64,000 bases of DNA from Octopus vulgaris. Its lineage: Eukaryota. Location of the stretch: assembly GCA_951406725.2 (NCBI GenBank), contig OX597821.1:10602001-10666000 (forward strand), given 5' to 3'. Both the position numbers and the translations under genes were made by a program. Positions 27,780 through 41,445 of this stretch are shown one piece after another (the first letter of the stretch is position 1; each line of letters opens with the position of its first letter). Under the pieces are notes generated by a model that saw only the letters and a list, made by a program, of their open reading frames with translations, was not told the origin of the DNA and did no database searches.

Positions 27780-30000
27780 ATGATTGACTTTTGCTTAACC
27801 TTTGTAAAAGTTGACTCCAAGTCTCACCCAGACACCTCAGGAAACAAGTTGGATGTCCATGTTGGTGCTATGCCTAGGGTGCCATATATTTGGTTTTCTA
27901 CATAGTGTTGTTCTAGAGAATGTTTAAGAAACCACGAGAAAAGTATGTTTGTTTTTAAACTTGAGATGACATAGAAAGAATTTTGCGTAGGATATGAGCA
28001 GCTCCCATGAGCATTATCTTTTGAATTTCTGTAATTTTTGCGTTTCCTGGTATCTGAGACAGGTAGCAATCAGCCTATTTTGGTATTATTCCCAGGGCAC
28101 CTATGATAACAGTATTCTTTTAGTATTCAGGTTCAACATTTTGCTAATTTCTATTTCAAGATCTTTATATTTGCTCAGTTTTTAGTAGGCCTTTCTCTTA
28201 AAGAAACTTTGTAATTTGTTGGTATTGATACAACGATTAGAAGGCATTTTTTTCTTGGGTATCTCTGACAACTATATCCTGCTCATTAGCCTTGATTTCT
28301 CTGTGTGTATTGGTATATCCGAAAGTGTGGTTTCTTTCTCATTTTCTGTAACCGTTTCTGGTGTGACTGAAACGTATATTCCTGTTGATATTCCATAGTG
28401 TTCCCATAGCTTACAATGTATATAGGTTCCAGCACTCTCATGTATGTAAATATATTCCTTCTTAGCCAGAACTGGGCAGCCTGAGCAAACAGGATTTCTT
28501 GCTTCTTTTCCACCACCACCTATTCTGCAATTACTTATATTTCTCTTCAGTAAGTCTGATAGGTGTTTTCTGGTGGGAAGGCTTTGATCTTGTTTTGCAA
28601 TTAAAAAATACTTCAGTCTCTGATTTGGGTGTTGAGCTTCCCGTCCATTGTTGGAATTTTGATTTGTCTATTTCTTTTCTGTTTAGTTTAAACCAATATT
28701 TACCATGTATGAGCCTTTCTAGCTATCATTTGAGCATGATCTGCTGCTGTTCCAAATTTAATTTGGATTTCAGTTGTTTTACAGTTCTAGTTGTTCCTTT
28801 CTTCTTCATAGTTGTTAGATACTATGACTTCTTTTTGGATTTTCAGTTTCCTTAAAAAAACAGAAAGTAGTGTGTTGTTTTGTTCGTGTGTTTTGTGGTA
28901 TTTCTGTAATCCTATAATGGTTATTTGGTAATATTTTTCTACCACCTTTGATACATTGTTATGTATAACCTTTCTATGTCATATTTTGGGTAGTGCATCG
29001 TAAATCCTCTCATATTTTCCTCTCTTCCTTTCAATTTTGATTAGTTCATTAAAAGTCCAGTTAAGAATATTGCAACTGTAACCTATAACTAGGACGGCCA
29101 GAGTGTTGATAGTTATTATCTTGATTTTCGCTTTGAGCTCTGTTTTTACCATTACTGTAATTTGTCTATAGCATTCCTTTCTCGTCTTCTCTTTCATTTG
29201 TGTTTTATCGTATCTAGTTCATTGATTGCTAAGTATTTGTATCTCTGGCATTAGCCCAATTCTCTTATTTCATTTGCTTAATCTAGTGTTCTATTGTAAC
29301 TCTTAACTAGATTTCCTCCTTTTCAATGTTGCATTGGCCCATTTTCCGAAGCTAAATTCTATGTTTATTACTTCGGTAAATCCATGCAGCTGTTTGCAGC
29401 TGTTTATATTTTGCAACATAAAGCTTTAAATCGTTCGTATAAAAGAGATGGCTGATTGTTTTGCCGTAACAGTTATATCCACATCCAGTACTCTTTACCA
29501 TGTCAGATAACAGTGTCAGTGGGAAGCAGAAAATGAGTGGAGAGAGCGTGTCTCTCTGGAATATTATCGTTATTATATAACTGCCCAATATTTGGTAGAA
29601 TGACATAAATTTCTACTGCATCACCTGCTACACCTCCGTGTTGCTGAGGGTGTGTGCAGTATTGTGTATTCTTGTCAGCTGTTGGGAGTGTGCGAGCTCT
29701 TCACGGTACTGTTTTGTGCTAGATTTTTTACTTTGAGGTTTGGTGCTGTCTTTGGTTGTGTTATTACTTATATTGTGTTTTGAGTACGTAATGCTTCGTA
29801 TTTTCTGGCTTGCCGATGGTGGGGGTTATTTAATTGGGTAAATACTATATAGAATGTGTCTTGCATTTTCCAGTTGTCTTGTTTAGGATGTATTATTTGA
29901 TTGATAGTGTCATACGTAGGATACGGGCTGTTCCTGGGAGGCTATTTTTGGACAGTGAGCAGTGTCGAGGATCCATGTATAGGTTCTAAATTTTTCTTCA
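27780..30000 (-). mobile_element. R4/Dong-clade non-LTR retrotransposon relic (RT + RLE, internally deleted)
   Basis: IFQRDTLSPLIFC..ISHLFYTNDLKLY (RT 4/5), ELKAKIKIITINTLAV.VIGYS..ILNWT, KYKDLEIEI, AHGSCSYPTQNSF tail; the 3' end abuts (TAA)n. Confidence 0.85.
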
Positions 30001-30004
30001 TATG

Positions 30005-30525
30005 ATTTTTTATCGTGCCCATTGCTCCAGTTACTATAACAATTGGTTTTACCTTCATGCTCCACATTCCCAGTACTTCAATTTCGTTGTCTTTGTACTA
30101 TGCAAACTTCTCCCCACTTTCTTTTGATATTATCATCAGAAAGGACTGCAAAATCTATCACTCAGCAAATGTTTTTTTCTTCAATCCTCGACTATTATGT
30201 CAGAGCGATTACCCTTATTTCTTCGTCGGTTTAAACAGGCATATCGCAGATGATAGTAGCCAGATCGTTGTCTTGTACCTTGCTTGGTTCATGCTTATAC
30301 TACCTACTGTCAGTTTTGATGTTTTAATGTTGGTATATTGCCCATTGGATATAACTGCTTACTTTGCCGTGTCTGTATACATATTCAGACTTGGCAAGGT
30401 GTGGGTTACTGTCTGATTTTGCTTGTTGCAATTTCTGCTTTTGCTGTTCATACATGTTTTCTTTATTTTGCTTTTATAATTGTTTGTCAGGCATTGGTCT
30501 TATGCAGAGCATTTGAAACATAGTT
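30005..30525 (-). mobile_element. R4/Dong-like RLE endonuclease fragment
   Basis: IDFAVLSDDNIKRK..EKF.*YKDNEIEVLGMWSMKVKPIVIVTGAMGTI. Confidence 0.75.
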
Positions 30526-30547
30526 GCCTTTTACTTTATTATTATTA

Positions 30548-30641
<94 letters not shown>

Positions 30642-30694
30642 CATTATTATTATTATTATTATTATTATCATCATTCAGTAGTCTTATGTTTATA

Positions 30695-33145
30695 GCATGC
30701 TTTCACTTCACTACCGAGCGCAACTTTGTGTGTCTTGGGTATGTGCTGTGATTTGTTGTGATGCTCTGATAGTTACTGTATTGAAAGTGTTCTGCGTAGG
30801 ATGTGTGCAGTGCATAGCAGTGACATTTTCTGTATGTTATATGTGTTTGTAAGTCCCGGTGTTTTTGTTATGTATTTGTCTGAATATTTTTTTATCATGC
30901 CTAATGCACCTATTATGATAGGAATTGTTTCTGTTTTTAGATTCCACATTCTGGTTACCTCTATTTCCAGGTCTTTGTATTTTGAAAGTTTCTCCATTTC
31001 TTTCAGAGACACGTTGTCATCTGCTGGTATTGATACATCAATTAGGAAGCATTTTTTTCTTCAAGATCTCTGACAACTATATCTGGTCTGTTGGCCTTAA
31101 TTTCTCTATCTTTACAGCCATATGAGCCTTTGCGGCATCCTTTGTGCCCTTCTGGAAACAGGTTGTTTTCGTCCAGATGCTTGTTTAATCTTTGTGATAT
31201 CACTGCAGTAAATGCTTTGTACATTGTAGGGAGACAGGTTATTGGTCTGTAGTTTTCTGGTTTTCCTGTCTCAATGGATTTGGGAAATAAAATGGTTTTC
31301 CCCTTCGTGAGCCATTCAGGCATTGTTTCTGGCTCTGCCAGTATGTTGTTAAAGTTTTCAGCCAACTTTTTGTGCATTCCTGTTAGATATTTCAACCAGA
31401 AGTTGGGGATCTTGTCATGCTCAGGTGCCTTCCAGTTGTTATGGGGGTCCAATGTTGCTCAGATGCTATGCTTGTTGTTTTAATACTCTTTTTTTTTGGG
31501 TTGTTCATTCGCCGACCATATTCCTTTCCAGAATTCTTCCACTTCTTCTGCCGTTGGTGCTGCACTGATGCCTATTTTATTTTTCCCAAGTTCTTGGTAG
31601 AACTTTTGGGGGTTGGAGTTGAACTGTTTGTTTTGTTGAAAGAAACTATGGCGTTTCTCATAGCGGCGGATCCTTTGTGCTCTGGCAAGGATATCTTGCT
31701 TTAGCTTTTCTTTTATCTCAGATAAATCTTTTTCTTTGATGTTGTATTTGCGCAGTATTTTTGTTTTCTTTTTGTTACTCAGTAGCGTTGATTGTCTACT
31801 GATTTCGTTAAGAATCGACAAATCTTTTCTCATTTTTTGCATTTTCTTTTGGATTTTATTTATCCACAGGGTTTGTTTGGGTGGTGGTACACCTGTTTGG
31901 ATGGGTTTGAGCGAGAATCCAGCTTCTTTTGTGGCTGTAGTGGCTGCTGCATATACTAAGTCATTTAGCTCTGTGATATCCCTATTTGTTTCTGTGATGG
32001 CTACGTTTATGCTGTTTATAATTGATGTTGTTGTTTTGTCTATTTTGATCTTTGAGAGGTATGGTCGGTCGTCCATCTTGAGATTTGTGTTTTTCAGTTC
32101 TTTGATTAATCTACTTTTTATAGTATTATAATCATTAGGCTCCCTTTCGTGGTTTCCAGGTTTTAGATTTGTGTCGCTTTCTTTCCCGTTCGTATGTTTG
32201 TCTGTTGTGTTTTGGCTGGCTGCTTGTCGTGCATTATTATGCATCCATACGGTCTGGTTTTGCTGTTTTTTGTTTACATCGTTTTTGTTGGGAATGTTAC
32301 GTTTGTCTTCGTGTTTTACTATCTCAGTGTTCATATTATTTGACATTGTTGTGTGGCTTCTATCTAGATTTTCCTGATGTATTCTTTCTTTTAAATGTTC
32401 TATTTCTATTTCTGATATTTTTTTGCGTTGAGAATATATCTTCGTTCGTTAGCTAGTTTATTAGGGTTCATTGCTGTATCCAAGTCTTTATTTATGTTAT
32501 TTTTCTTCCATATTTTATATGTATATGTTGTGTTTTCGTTCTTTGGGTAGAGCACTGCTGTAAAGTAAGCGTGTAGGATTGAAATGTATTCCTCACGTGT
32601 CCATTAATGCATTTTTGGTTTTATTTGCGGGACATGAAGAACAACGTCCGGCCCCTTATTTTGACTGTCGTCATTTTCGTAGGGTACCGGTCCTTTCATT
32701 TCTGTTGTCACATTGTTTTGCACGTGTAGTTTTTCGTACTTTCTGTGTAACAGGTTCAAAGTCGGCACTTCCCGATTGTTATTCTTGGGTTGGATAATAT
32801 CGTTGTTATTTAATTTCTTCGTAGTCTTTTTGTACAAGGTGTTTGGGGCCGGAGATGATCTGGTGATGATGGATCGTAATATATTAATCATGTTTACATG
32901 TTGTGATGTGTGAGAGGTGGAGATGATTTCGCGTTAAAATACATAATTTCGTTTGGAAAATAGTAATAAATTTCAATGACTATTAATTACTCGGATATAG
33001 CCCAATCGTTTGTCAGTTATTTTTTGGCTCCATGCAATGTCATTGTTTCCGATGTTTGTGGATAGATTTCGGAGCAATGTTTTATCGCTCTCACATGATA
33101 AACGTCCCCGGTGTTCTCTTCGTTAAACGTCCTCGGTGTTCTCTT

Positions 33146-33146
<1 letters not shown>
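30695..33146 (-). mobile_element. R4/Dong-clade LINE with both ends and a large internal RT deletion, flanked by (TAA)n
   Basis: ELNDLVYAAA, RIRRYEKR..FFQQNKQFNSNPQKFYQEL, WKAPEHDKIPNFWLK, NYRPITCLPTMYK, KGCRKGSYGCKD fused to REIKANRPDIVV; EKLSKYKDLEIEVTRMW..IIIGALG..TAHILRRTLS. Confidence 0.92.
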
Positions 33147-33536
<390 letters not shown>

Positions 33537-33984
33537 CAGTATTGTTCTTGCTGCTGCTTTTGTTATTGTTTCTGTCGTTTTTGTTGCTGTTATTTACTTC
33601 ATTTATGTTTAATAAAATATAACCTCCAAAATTTCTTAGCCTCAGTCAAAATTTCAATACATTCGTATTATTAATTCATTTTATTGTAGATATTTTCATG
33701 GAAAAGTTATCACAATATATGCTTTCCAGACATTTTGCGACAACGTCTCCTCAGTTATCCAAAATCTGCTTCAAGATTCTTGAAGGATGAAACATCACAT
33801 AATTCATCACCACGACAACATGTGATTTAAATTCCATTTATTTCGGAGACTTCGTCTGTAGTTTATGGTTTGTGCTCGGAGCACAAAACTTTAAGTTACC
33901 ATGTGACATGTAAGCGACAACATCTCACAGTTGGGTTTGTTATAGATTTCATAGTGAAAGGTAATATGGAAACTTTCCGAAAAT

Positions 33985-34750
33985 TGCGAGGCTTTTTTAA
34001 AGTATAACTGCCCAAAATTAGTGTAATTTTAGTATCTATTCAAAATGCAACTAATAAGCTGATATGCTGAGTTTTGTTGTTTCAGATAGAAGAAGCAAGA
34101 CGTAGTAATATTTTCAACACACCCTAAGAAGCACGGCTTGTCACTACTGGCTACTCTGCAGAATGGAGTCGGAAAGTGTAGCCCATATAGAAGGAATGCA
34201 CAGAAAGATTTTTGTCAAACAGGATGAAAACCCTACAGAAACATATGAAATGATCCGGAAGAGTATGGATTAACTTGTATGAGCCGGGTATCTATTTTCT
34301 CGTTGGCACAAAACATCCGGCACAGCAGCTCCACCTGGAAACTTAAGATGGTCTCCAGCGTGAAAAAACCCACTGAGTTCTCTCTTACCAGACAATCAAA
34401 TTTAGCGAAAGAGGAGCACAGTCCAATATCAACATGGAATAATTTGCCATGGTTTTCAGACAATTCAAGAAGGGAATTTAATGTCAAAAACAGCCAGGAC
34501 GAGTGCAAGATAATGCGTTAATCGATAATTCTATCCTTACAATAAGCTGCATAACAGAGGTGGGCATCACAACATTCCCTCACACACCCTATTGTCCAGA
34601 CCTTACTCTCAGTAACGTTTGGGTCTATCATAAGTTATACGAGATGGAAAATATAACAAGTGTTCTAGAAACGCTTTGGGCTTACACGAAGAACCACTCA
34701 AAGGTTCCTAATTGGATAGATATTGGGGTCTGTACTTCTCTGAAATTTAT
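33985..34750 (+). mobile_element. Degenerate, internally deleted mariner relic
   Basis: FVKQDENPTETYEMIRKEYGLTCMSRVSIFS (HTH), QDNALIDNS, FPHTPYCPDLTLSNVWVYHKL. Confidence 0.75.
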
Positions 34751-34783
<33 letters not shown>

Positions 34784-35108
34784 ATAGAAAGAGAGATATA
34801 TATATAGATAAAATTAACATAAATATATAACCTTGCGTTTTAAATACCTTGTACGAAAAATCAGAATATTTACTGTTGCATGCATACAGACAGGCACACC
34901 TTGTCATGTTTATATATACATATATATGTTTTGTTATTTTAATTTCGATCGTGAAATGAAACAATTGTGGCTGAAAATGTTAAATAATTAATAAATTAAC
35001 TTTTATACATTAATTCTGTATGTATTCTAACTTGACAATATATATATATATATACATACACACACACATATATATAATTATATGTATTATGTATGTATGT
35101 ATATATGG

Positions 35109-35178
<70 letters not shown>

Positions 35179-35454
35179 TGTGTGTGTATGTATATGTATA
35201 TAAGTAGATAGATAGGTACATAGGTAATACAGACAGAACGCTCACTCACACACAGAAAATATACACATATACACAATGGCAGATATCGTGACACATGCAT
35301 GCTTAACAGATGCAAGTACCTAGTGACACAAACTCATACACATAGACACACTCAGACATGCATATACATAGAGATAGCGGTACACAGAATACGCACGCAC
35401 AAACACACATACACAGGAATATGGAAAATACATACATACAAACGTACACACACG

Positions 35455-35534
<80 letters not shown>

Positions 35535-35770
35535 AATCACCTTGTATGAAACAAAATACTTTCAGATATAAAATATTTTAATGATCGTTGGATTTGCTTT
35601 CGCACTGACTCCAGGCAACACTTCAAATAGGAGCAAGCTATGCACAAGTAATCAGATGATGCAACTAATTTCTCTTGCATACATATAATTATATGTTTTC
35701 AATATATACATATACAGTGATATATATATATACACAAACACTCACAATTACATACACACACAAATATGTG

Positions 35771-35804
<34 letters not shown>

Positions 35805-35935
35805 CATACATACATATATGTATGTATACAAACACACACACATATAGAGAGAGTGATGGAGAGGGAAAAACAAAAGCAGAAAGATATATATATATATACA
35901 AACACATACCTACATAGTATATATGTTCATCTATC

Positions 35936-35966
<31 letters not shown>

Positions 35967-36006
35967 TTATCTACCTATCTGTCTTTCTACATTTGTACAC
36001 ACACAC

Positions 36007-36091
<85 letters not shown>

Positions 36092-36724
36092 CACGAATCT
36101 CACGAGTCCCAACCTCACGCACGCCCTCACAGCAGCCCCGCATATATGTCATGTGGTAAAATTTTGAATGATTCTAAAGTAATTCAAATTCACTAAGTAA
36201 TCTTACTTCTATCCAATTTAATATGGTTTAGATTTCAATACCAATTAACACTGCTCATTGTATTACGTACACTGTCATATACATTACGACACACGAACGT
36301 ATACATAAGTATACATACATACAGATGCACACTACGCACACGCACACACACACGCACATATATGCACATAATACACATATGGCCTACATACAGACATATA
36401 TCTGCCTACGTCTATTTCAAAATTGACAAATTATTTTAATATAATTATTTTTGGTGAAGCCATTTTTATTTTTTATTAAGAAACATAGGATAAATATTAA
36501 TTGAATATTGCCAGGATGAATTTTGTACGTATCTTAATTGATATCAAAAATTTCATTCTCAATATTTTGAATTGATACAGATATGAATAGATTCTGAGTC
36601 GACTTATTTAGCCATATTGGAATATTTTTTCCCTTGGAAATTTAAATATATTGACATACTTTGTTGATCTGGTTTGTATCTTGAGGTAATGTTTTCACTT
36701 CTCGTACGACATTATTTTCTAATA

Positions 36725-36860
36725 TTGATTTCAAATCTTGACACAAGGCCGGCATTTTGGAGGCAGGTATAAGTCCATTACGTCGACACCTTTGCTCAGC
36801 TGGTTCTTATTTTATCCTCCCAGTGTGGAGGAAATTCAAAGTGACTCCCGGTAGGCATTT
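36725..36860 (-). mobile_element. Decayed Meta-like SINE 3' fragment
   Basis: Resembles the reverse complement of the 3271-3390 unit (cacaaggcc..attttgg..tattttatc..ccc..aaagt). Confidence 0.45.
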
Positions 36861-37594
36861 TTTCCTAACATTAAATGCAACTTAACAAATCCTTTGTAAT
36901 ATATCCTCTTATAGTACTGTTTAAAATGTTTCATTTCCAAAGGTGTTCTTTGAATAAATGTATATTAACTTGGTGTTCTTCCATATGTTTGCCCCACCCA
37001 GACTTTGGTTGGAACATACACATATTGTCATACATCTAGTATATCTAGAAAAGCTAATTTGAAAGTCCAGAAGAAAATTGTGATGTGTGTCACTTGGTAT
37101 GTGTGCATGCTAACTATTTGACTTCCGTCAAATTCAGATATAATTTACACACACTGAAAGATATTTGTAAAAAAAATGTCATTTAAAAACACTCAAACAC
37201 TGACACACTTAATTGTGTCATTTATTTTAATTAATTTTTCTTTATTTCCTTTATTCTTTCCTTTGTTTTATTTTTTTCACAATTACGTCATCTTTGTCCC
37301 GTCAGCTTCGCAAATAAATCTGTCCTTTTATGTTCTTTCTAAGTCTATTTAAGCCGCAAATGCTATCAATATGTTCTAGATGATCATAAGGACGAAATAA
37401 TGAGAAACTGTATCATGTCACCTGATTATATGGTTCAGTGCCTTGTGATGCAGCGAAATGCACTCCATTGATTTCCATACACTAGGGAGCAATGAAGTAT
37501 GAGTAGAAGCGATCGAGTATATTCCATCTTCTGTTTCTCTCTATCTCTCATTCTTTCTCTCTCTCCGCCTCTGTTTCCTCTCTCTATATATAGT

Positions 37595-37688
37595 AGAATA
37601 CGCTTGCCAAAGGTGCCACGCAGTGGGACCGGACCCGAAACCATGTGGTTATTAAGCAAGCTACTTACTACACAGACGCCCCTGCACC
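37595..37688 (-). mobile_element. SINE family A head fragment
   Basis: ggtgccacgcagtgggac...accatgtggtt..aagcaagctacttac.acacag. Confidence 0.8.
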
Positions 37689-37701
37689 TAAACAAATAAT
37701 G

Positions 37702-37773
37702 CACCCGCAGAGGGACATGAACCCGCGACCATCAGATTAAAATATGTGGCTCTACCGACTGAGCAATGCAGGC
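37702..37773 (-). pseudogene. tRNA-Lys(UUU)-like pseudogene
   Basis: GCCTGCA TT GCTCAGTCGGTAGAGC cacata TTTTAA TCTGA TGGTC GCGGGTTCATGTCCCTC TGCGGGT G; acceptor and D stems pair, anticodon stem is broken. Confidence 0.75.
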
Positions 37774-37839
37774 GGACATGTATATATATGTAGCGGATAT
37801 GTATATATATATATGTGTGTGTATATTTATGTATGTATA

Positions 37840-37886
<47 letters not shown>

Positions 37887-37908
37887 GTGTATGTGTGTGT
37901 GTGTTTGC

Positions 37909-37973
<65 letters not shown>

Positions 37974-38120
37974 CAGATAGACAGATAGATTCATATAGAT
38001 AGATAAATAGGTAGATAGATAGATAGATAGAGAGGTAAGCCCATACTCATCCATACTTTTACCTGTATCTACACATTCATAGCTATAGATATGCGCGTGT
38101 ATATATACATATATATGTAA

Positions 38121-38155
<35 letters not shown>

Positions 38156-38175
38156 TATATGTACATATGCATACA

Positions 38176-38221
<46 letters not shown>

Positions 38222-38804
38222 CATATGCATACATATATGCGCGTGTGTATGTATATTAGCACACACATACTTATATACAACTATATCTATACATACTCAT
38301 ACATATACATAAATACACAGACCATCAGGTATGCACATACATATTTCCGGCTGATAATTTATATATACAACGGGACACGTCTTTGCCGGTTTATGCATTG
38401 GCGTTAATCTGATTGTTTAGAGAGGGAGAAAGTTAGAAAGAGCCAGGGAGAGCGTGGGATAGAGAGAATATGACAATCTGAGGCACCTCATTAGGTGATA
38501 AGCAAATTACACCTGCGTACATTTATGATTTTTTATCACATTTCCATTCTGATAACACATGCATCACTGTCTGTCTTGTGACAATTATTTTTCTTTTTAA
38601 TCCGGAGTTAATTTCGTACAACAATACTTATATTCCTTCACGTATGCTGATATAGACACACATTGGTGAATATAGACATGGAAACCCAGTTCCACATATT
38701 GGGGACGAAAAAGATGTTTTGATATATACTCATTTATACATATTTACGCTATCTTTCTTGCCGTGCATACTTATCCATTTGTACACACTTATATACGCAC
38801 TAAT

Positions 38805-38840
<36 letters not shown>

Positions 38841-38962
38841 AAGGATAGTATCATATATCGACACCCGTACATGAATTCTGCTTCACATACACGTACAACC
38901 ACCACACACACACACATACATGCATATACATTTGTATATATATATATATACATATGCATATT

Positions 38963-39009
<47 letters not shown>

Positions 39010-39709
39010 TTATTTGTGTGTGTGTGTGTGTGTATGTATCTACCATCGTTTTTCTACAATTACTGATAACCTCATATTCTATTTCATGATACTAAACAAT
39101 GAGATTTAGTTTCAATATTTTAGATCTAAAGTGATTGTAATAATTATAGTCATTATGACGGTATAATATTAGTGATAATTGTAATGCAAAAATAGCACAT
39201 TTATATGATTAATTATGCAGAGGTTGCAAATATTCGTCTCTAAAAGGCATTGCTAAAACCTACTCGATCTAATCATGGTTCATATGTGTATATATATACA
39301 TACAATTTACACATCAATCGTTTTTGAAAGCTTCTGAAAAACAGGGCACTATTACATTTAATTATCTGATTTATCAATTTCTCTTAAGTAGGAGGAAAAT
39401 TAAGCTCTCGAAATATTGATGGTCGTAGTAATTTATTGTCTGTATGATATCATTAAAATGCGTACTTGAATCTCTGGTTAGAGGTATCTCGAGAATCGCT
39501 AATTACTAGAAAAAGTATCTTATAGATGTCCATTTTCTTTTCTTATAGACTAATTATTTTTTTAATTATGCTGTATTACATTAGTCTCCATTGTGTTCTT
39601 CTAGCGAGGAACAATGCCTTTTCTATTCTATTCAAAGAAGAAACATGATTCCAATATCATATACCCACTATTGAAAAACATATGCAGGTTTATATGTATA
39701 CACACACAT

Positions 39710-39779
<70 letters not shown>

Positions 39780-40962
39780 TATGTGTGTGTGAGTGTGTGT
39801 GTGAGTGTGTGTGTTTGTTTGTGTATGTATGTATATATACATAATTTTTGGGGGGAAATGTAGTTGAAATAAGCAGCTGTATTAGATTGACCTTCGGGTG
39901 AATGAAAACGTATTTTACCTTTCGAGCCTACGCTCTTCAACAGAGTGGAATAAACGGCGTGACAATGAAAAGAAAAAATAATTAGATTTAGCGGTCAAGC
40001 ATGGTGCATGATTAGAAAAATAGTTTGGTAAACAGGATAGAAAAATAGGAGATAAGCAAGTGCTGCTGATTCGAAATGAAGGTGTGCCTGCGTGTGCGTG
40101 TATATGTAAGTGTGTGTGTGTGTGTCTGTGTGTGTGTGTGTGTCTGTGTGTGTGTGTAAATAAGAACATGGTGACACTGGCGTGTCTGAGTATGTGCATG
40201 TGCAAGTGTGCGCAACTATACCGTGTGCCTGCTCATATAGTGCTATGTGTGGTGACGCTTTTAAATATAGTTTGTGTGTGTGTGGGGGGGTGATGATGTG
40301 TTGTACATGTTCTATACATATGCGACTTCTCATTGTGCATTTGAGTAGCAGGTTATGACGCATGCATAGGACTTGCAGAAAACATGCAATATTATCAATG
40401 AGGCATAATAGTACTTTTGTTCCCTATTTACTGTCCTATTATTCTTTTTTCTTCCATTCTTAATATTTCCTCTACCATTATTTCTTTATTGTTATGTAGA
40501 CCGAACTGGCATCCGTCATGTTCGTCGCTTCTCTTATGAGTACTATAAACATACAAATTTTTACCCTAATCTTTGTCAGAGGTATTATCCCATAGTGTGA
40601 CTTCACTAACTGTATTATTTATATTCTGGTTTAATTTTTTATCAATTTTTAACCTATGATATTTGAGGTAATAAGAATTTGCACATGGCGCCCACTTTTT
40701 TGTGCCTGTTAAAAATCAGATAGTACCTATTTATTTTCTTAAATCCCATATAGAAAGTGATAAAGAAGTACTTTATAACCATTTTTTACCGTGGAGGTAT
40801 TGTATTCCCTGATATTAGACTAGTCTGTTAACCAATACACGGCGAACGCTTAATAGAATTGATCCTATATAATACAATCATTTAATATATATATATAAAT
40901 ATATAAACGTTTAAATATTTGTTGTGCAAGATTTTTTTATGTGAAGTCGTGTGTTGAAACAG

Positions 40963-41215
40963 ATATTGTTATATTTCGGAATTGTCATTTTGCCAGTTTA
41001 GCCAAAATGGCTGACGGTTAGTAAGGAGAGACACAAATAAGAAAGAAGAAAACAAAGGACCACTGATGCGGTCACAGGAGTGTGACGAAAGAACTCTGGC
41101 CGAAATAATATTAAGATTAATGTAAAAAATAAATAACACTGAAGCAAAATAACACCAAATATATAGTGCGTGTGTTTTTATTGGCTAAACTGGCCAAATG
41201 ACCATTCCGAAATAT

Positions 41216-41223
<8 letters not shown>
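40963..41223. repeat. Inverted repeat (40963-41005 vs 41181-41223) enclosing a hammerhead
   Basis: atattgttatatttcggaat.gtcattt.gccagtttagccaa vs its reverse complement. Confidence 0.9.
41057..41101 (+). ncRNA. Minimal type-I hammerhead with C9 variant
   Basis: GGaCCA CTGATGC g GTCAC aggagt GTGAC GAA AGAACT C TGGCC. Confidence 0.55.
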
Positions 41224-41277
<54 letters not shown>

Positions 41278-41299
41278 GCATACGCACACATACAACAGG

Positions 41300-41445
41300 T
41301 GTATGTGTGTGTAAGCGTGTGACTATCTTCTTTCAGTTTCCGTCTACCAAATCCACTTGAACTTATTTTAGAAGTCACTAGTCATTCGGAGTGCATGCAG
41401 TATCTTGTGGTTGGGAAGTAAATTCCTTACTACACACCCACGTCT
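41300..41445 (-). mobile_element. SINE family A fragment
   Basis: cttctttcagtttccgtctaccaaatccact...ggaagtaaattccttactacacac. Confidence 0.7.

Noticed and set aside
33705-33760. CTGAGGA GAC..GTC tg GAAA hammerhead-like motif on the minus strand
   Set aside because: Two extra nucleotides before GAAA, with weak stems I and III.
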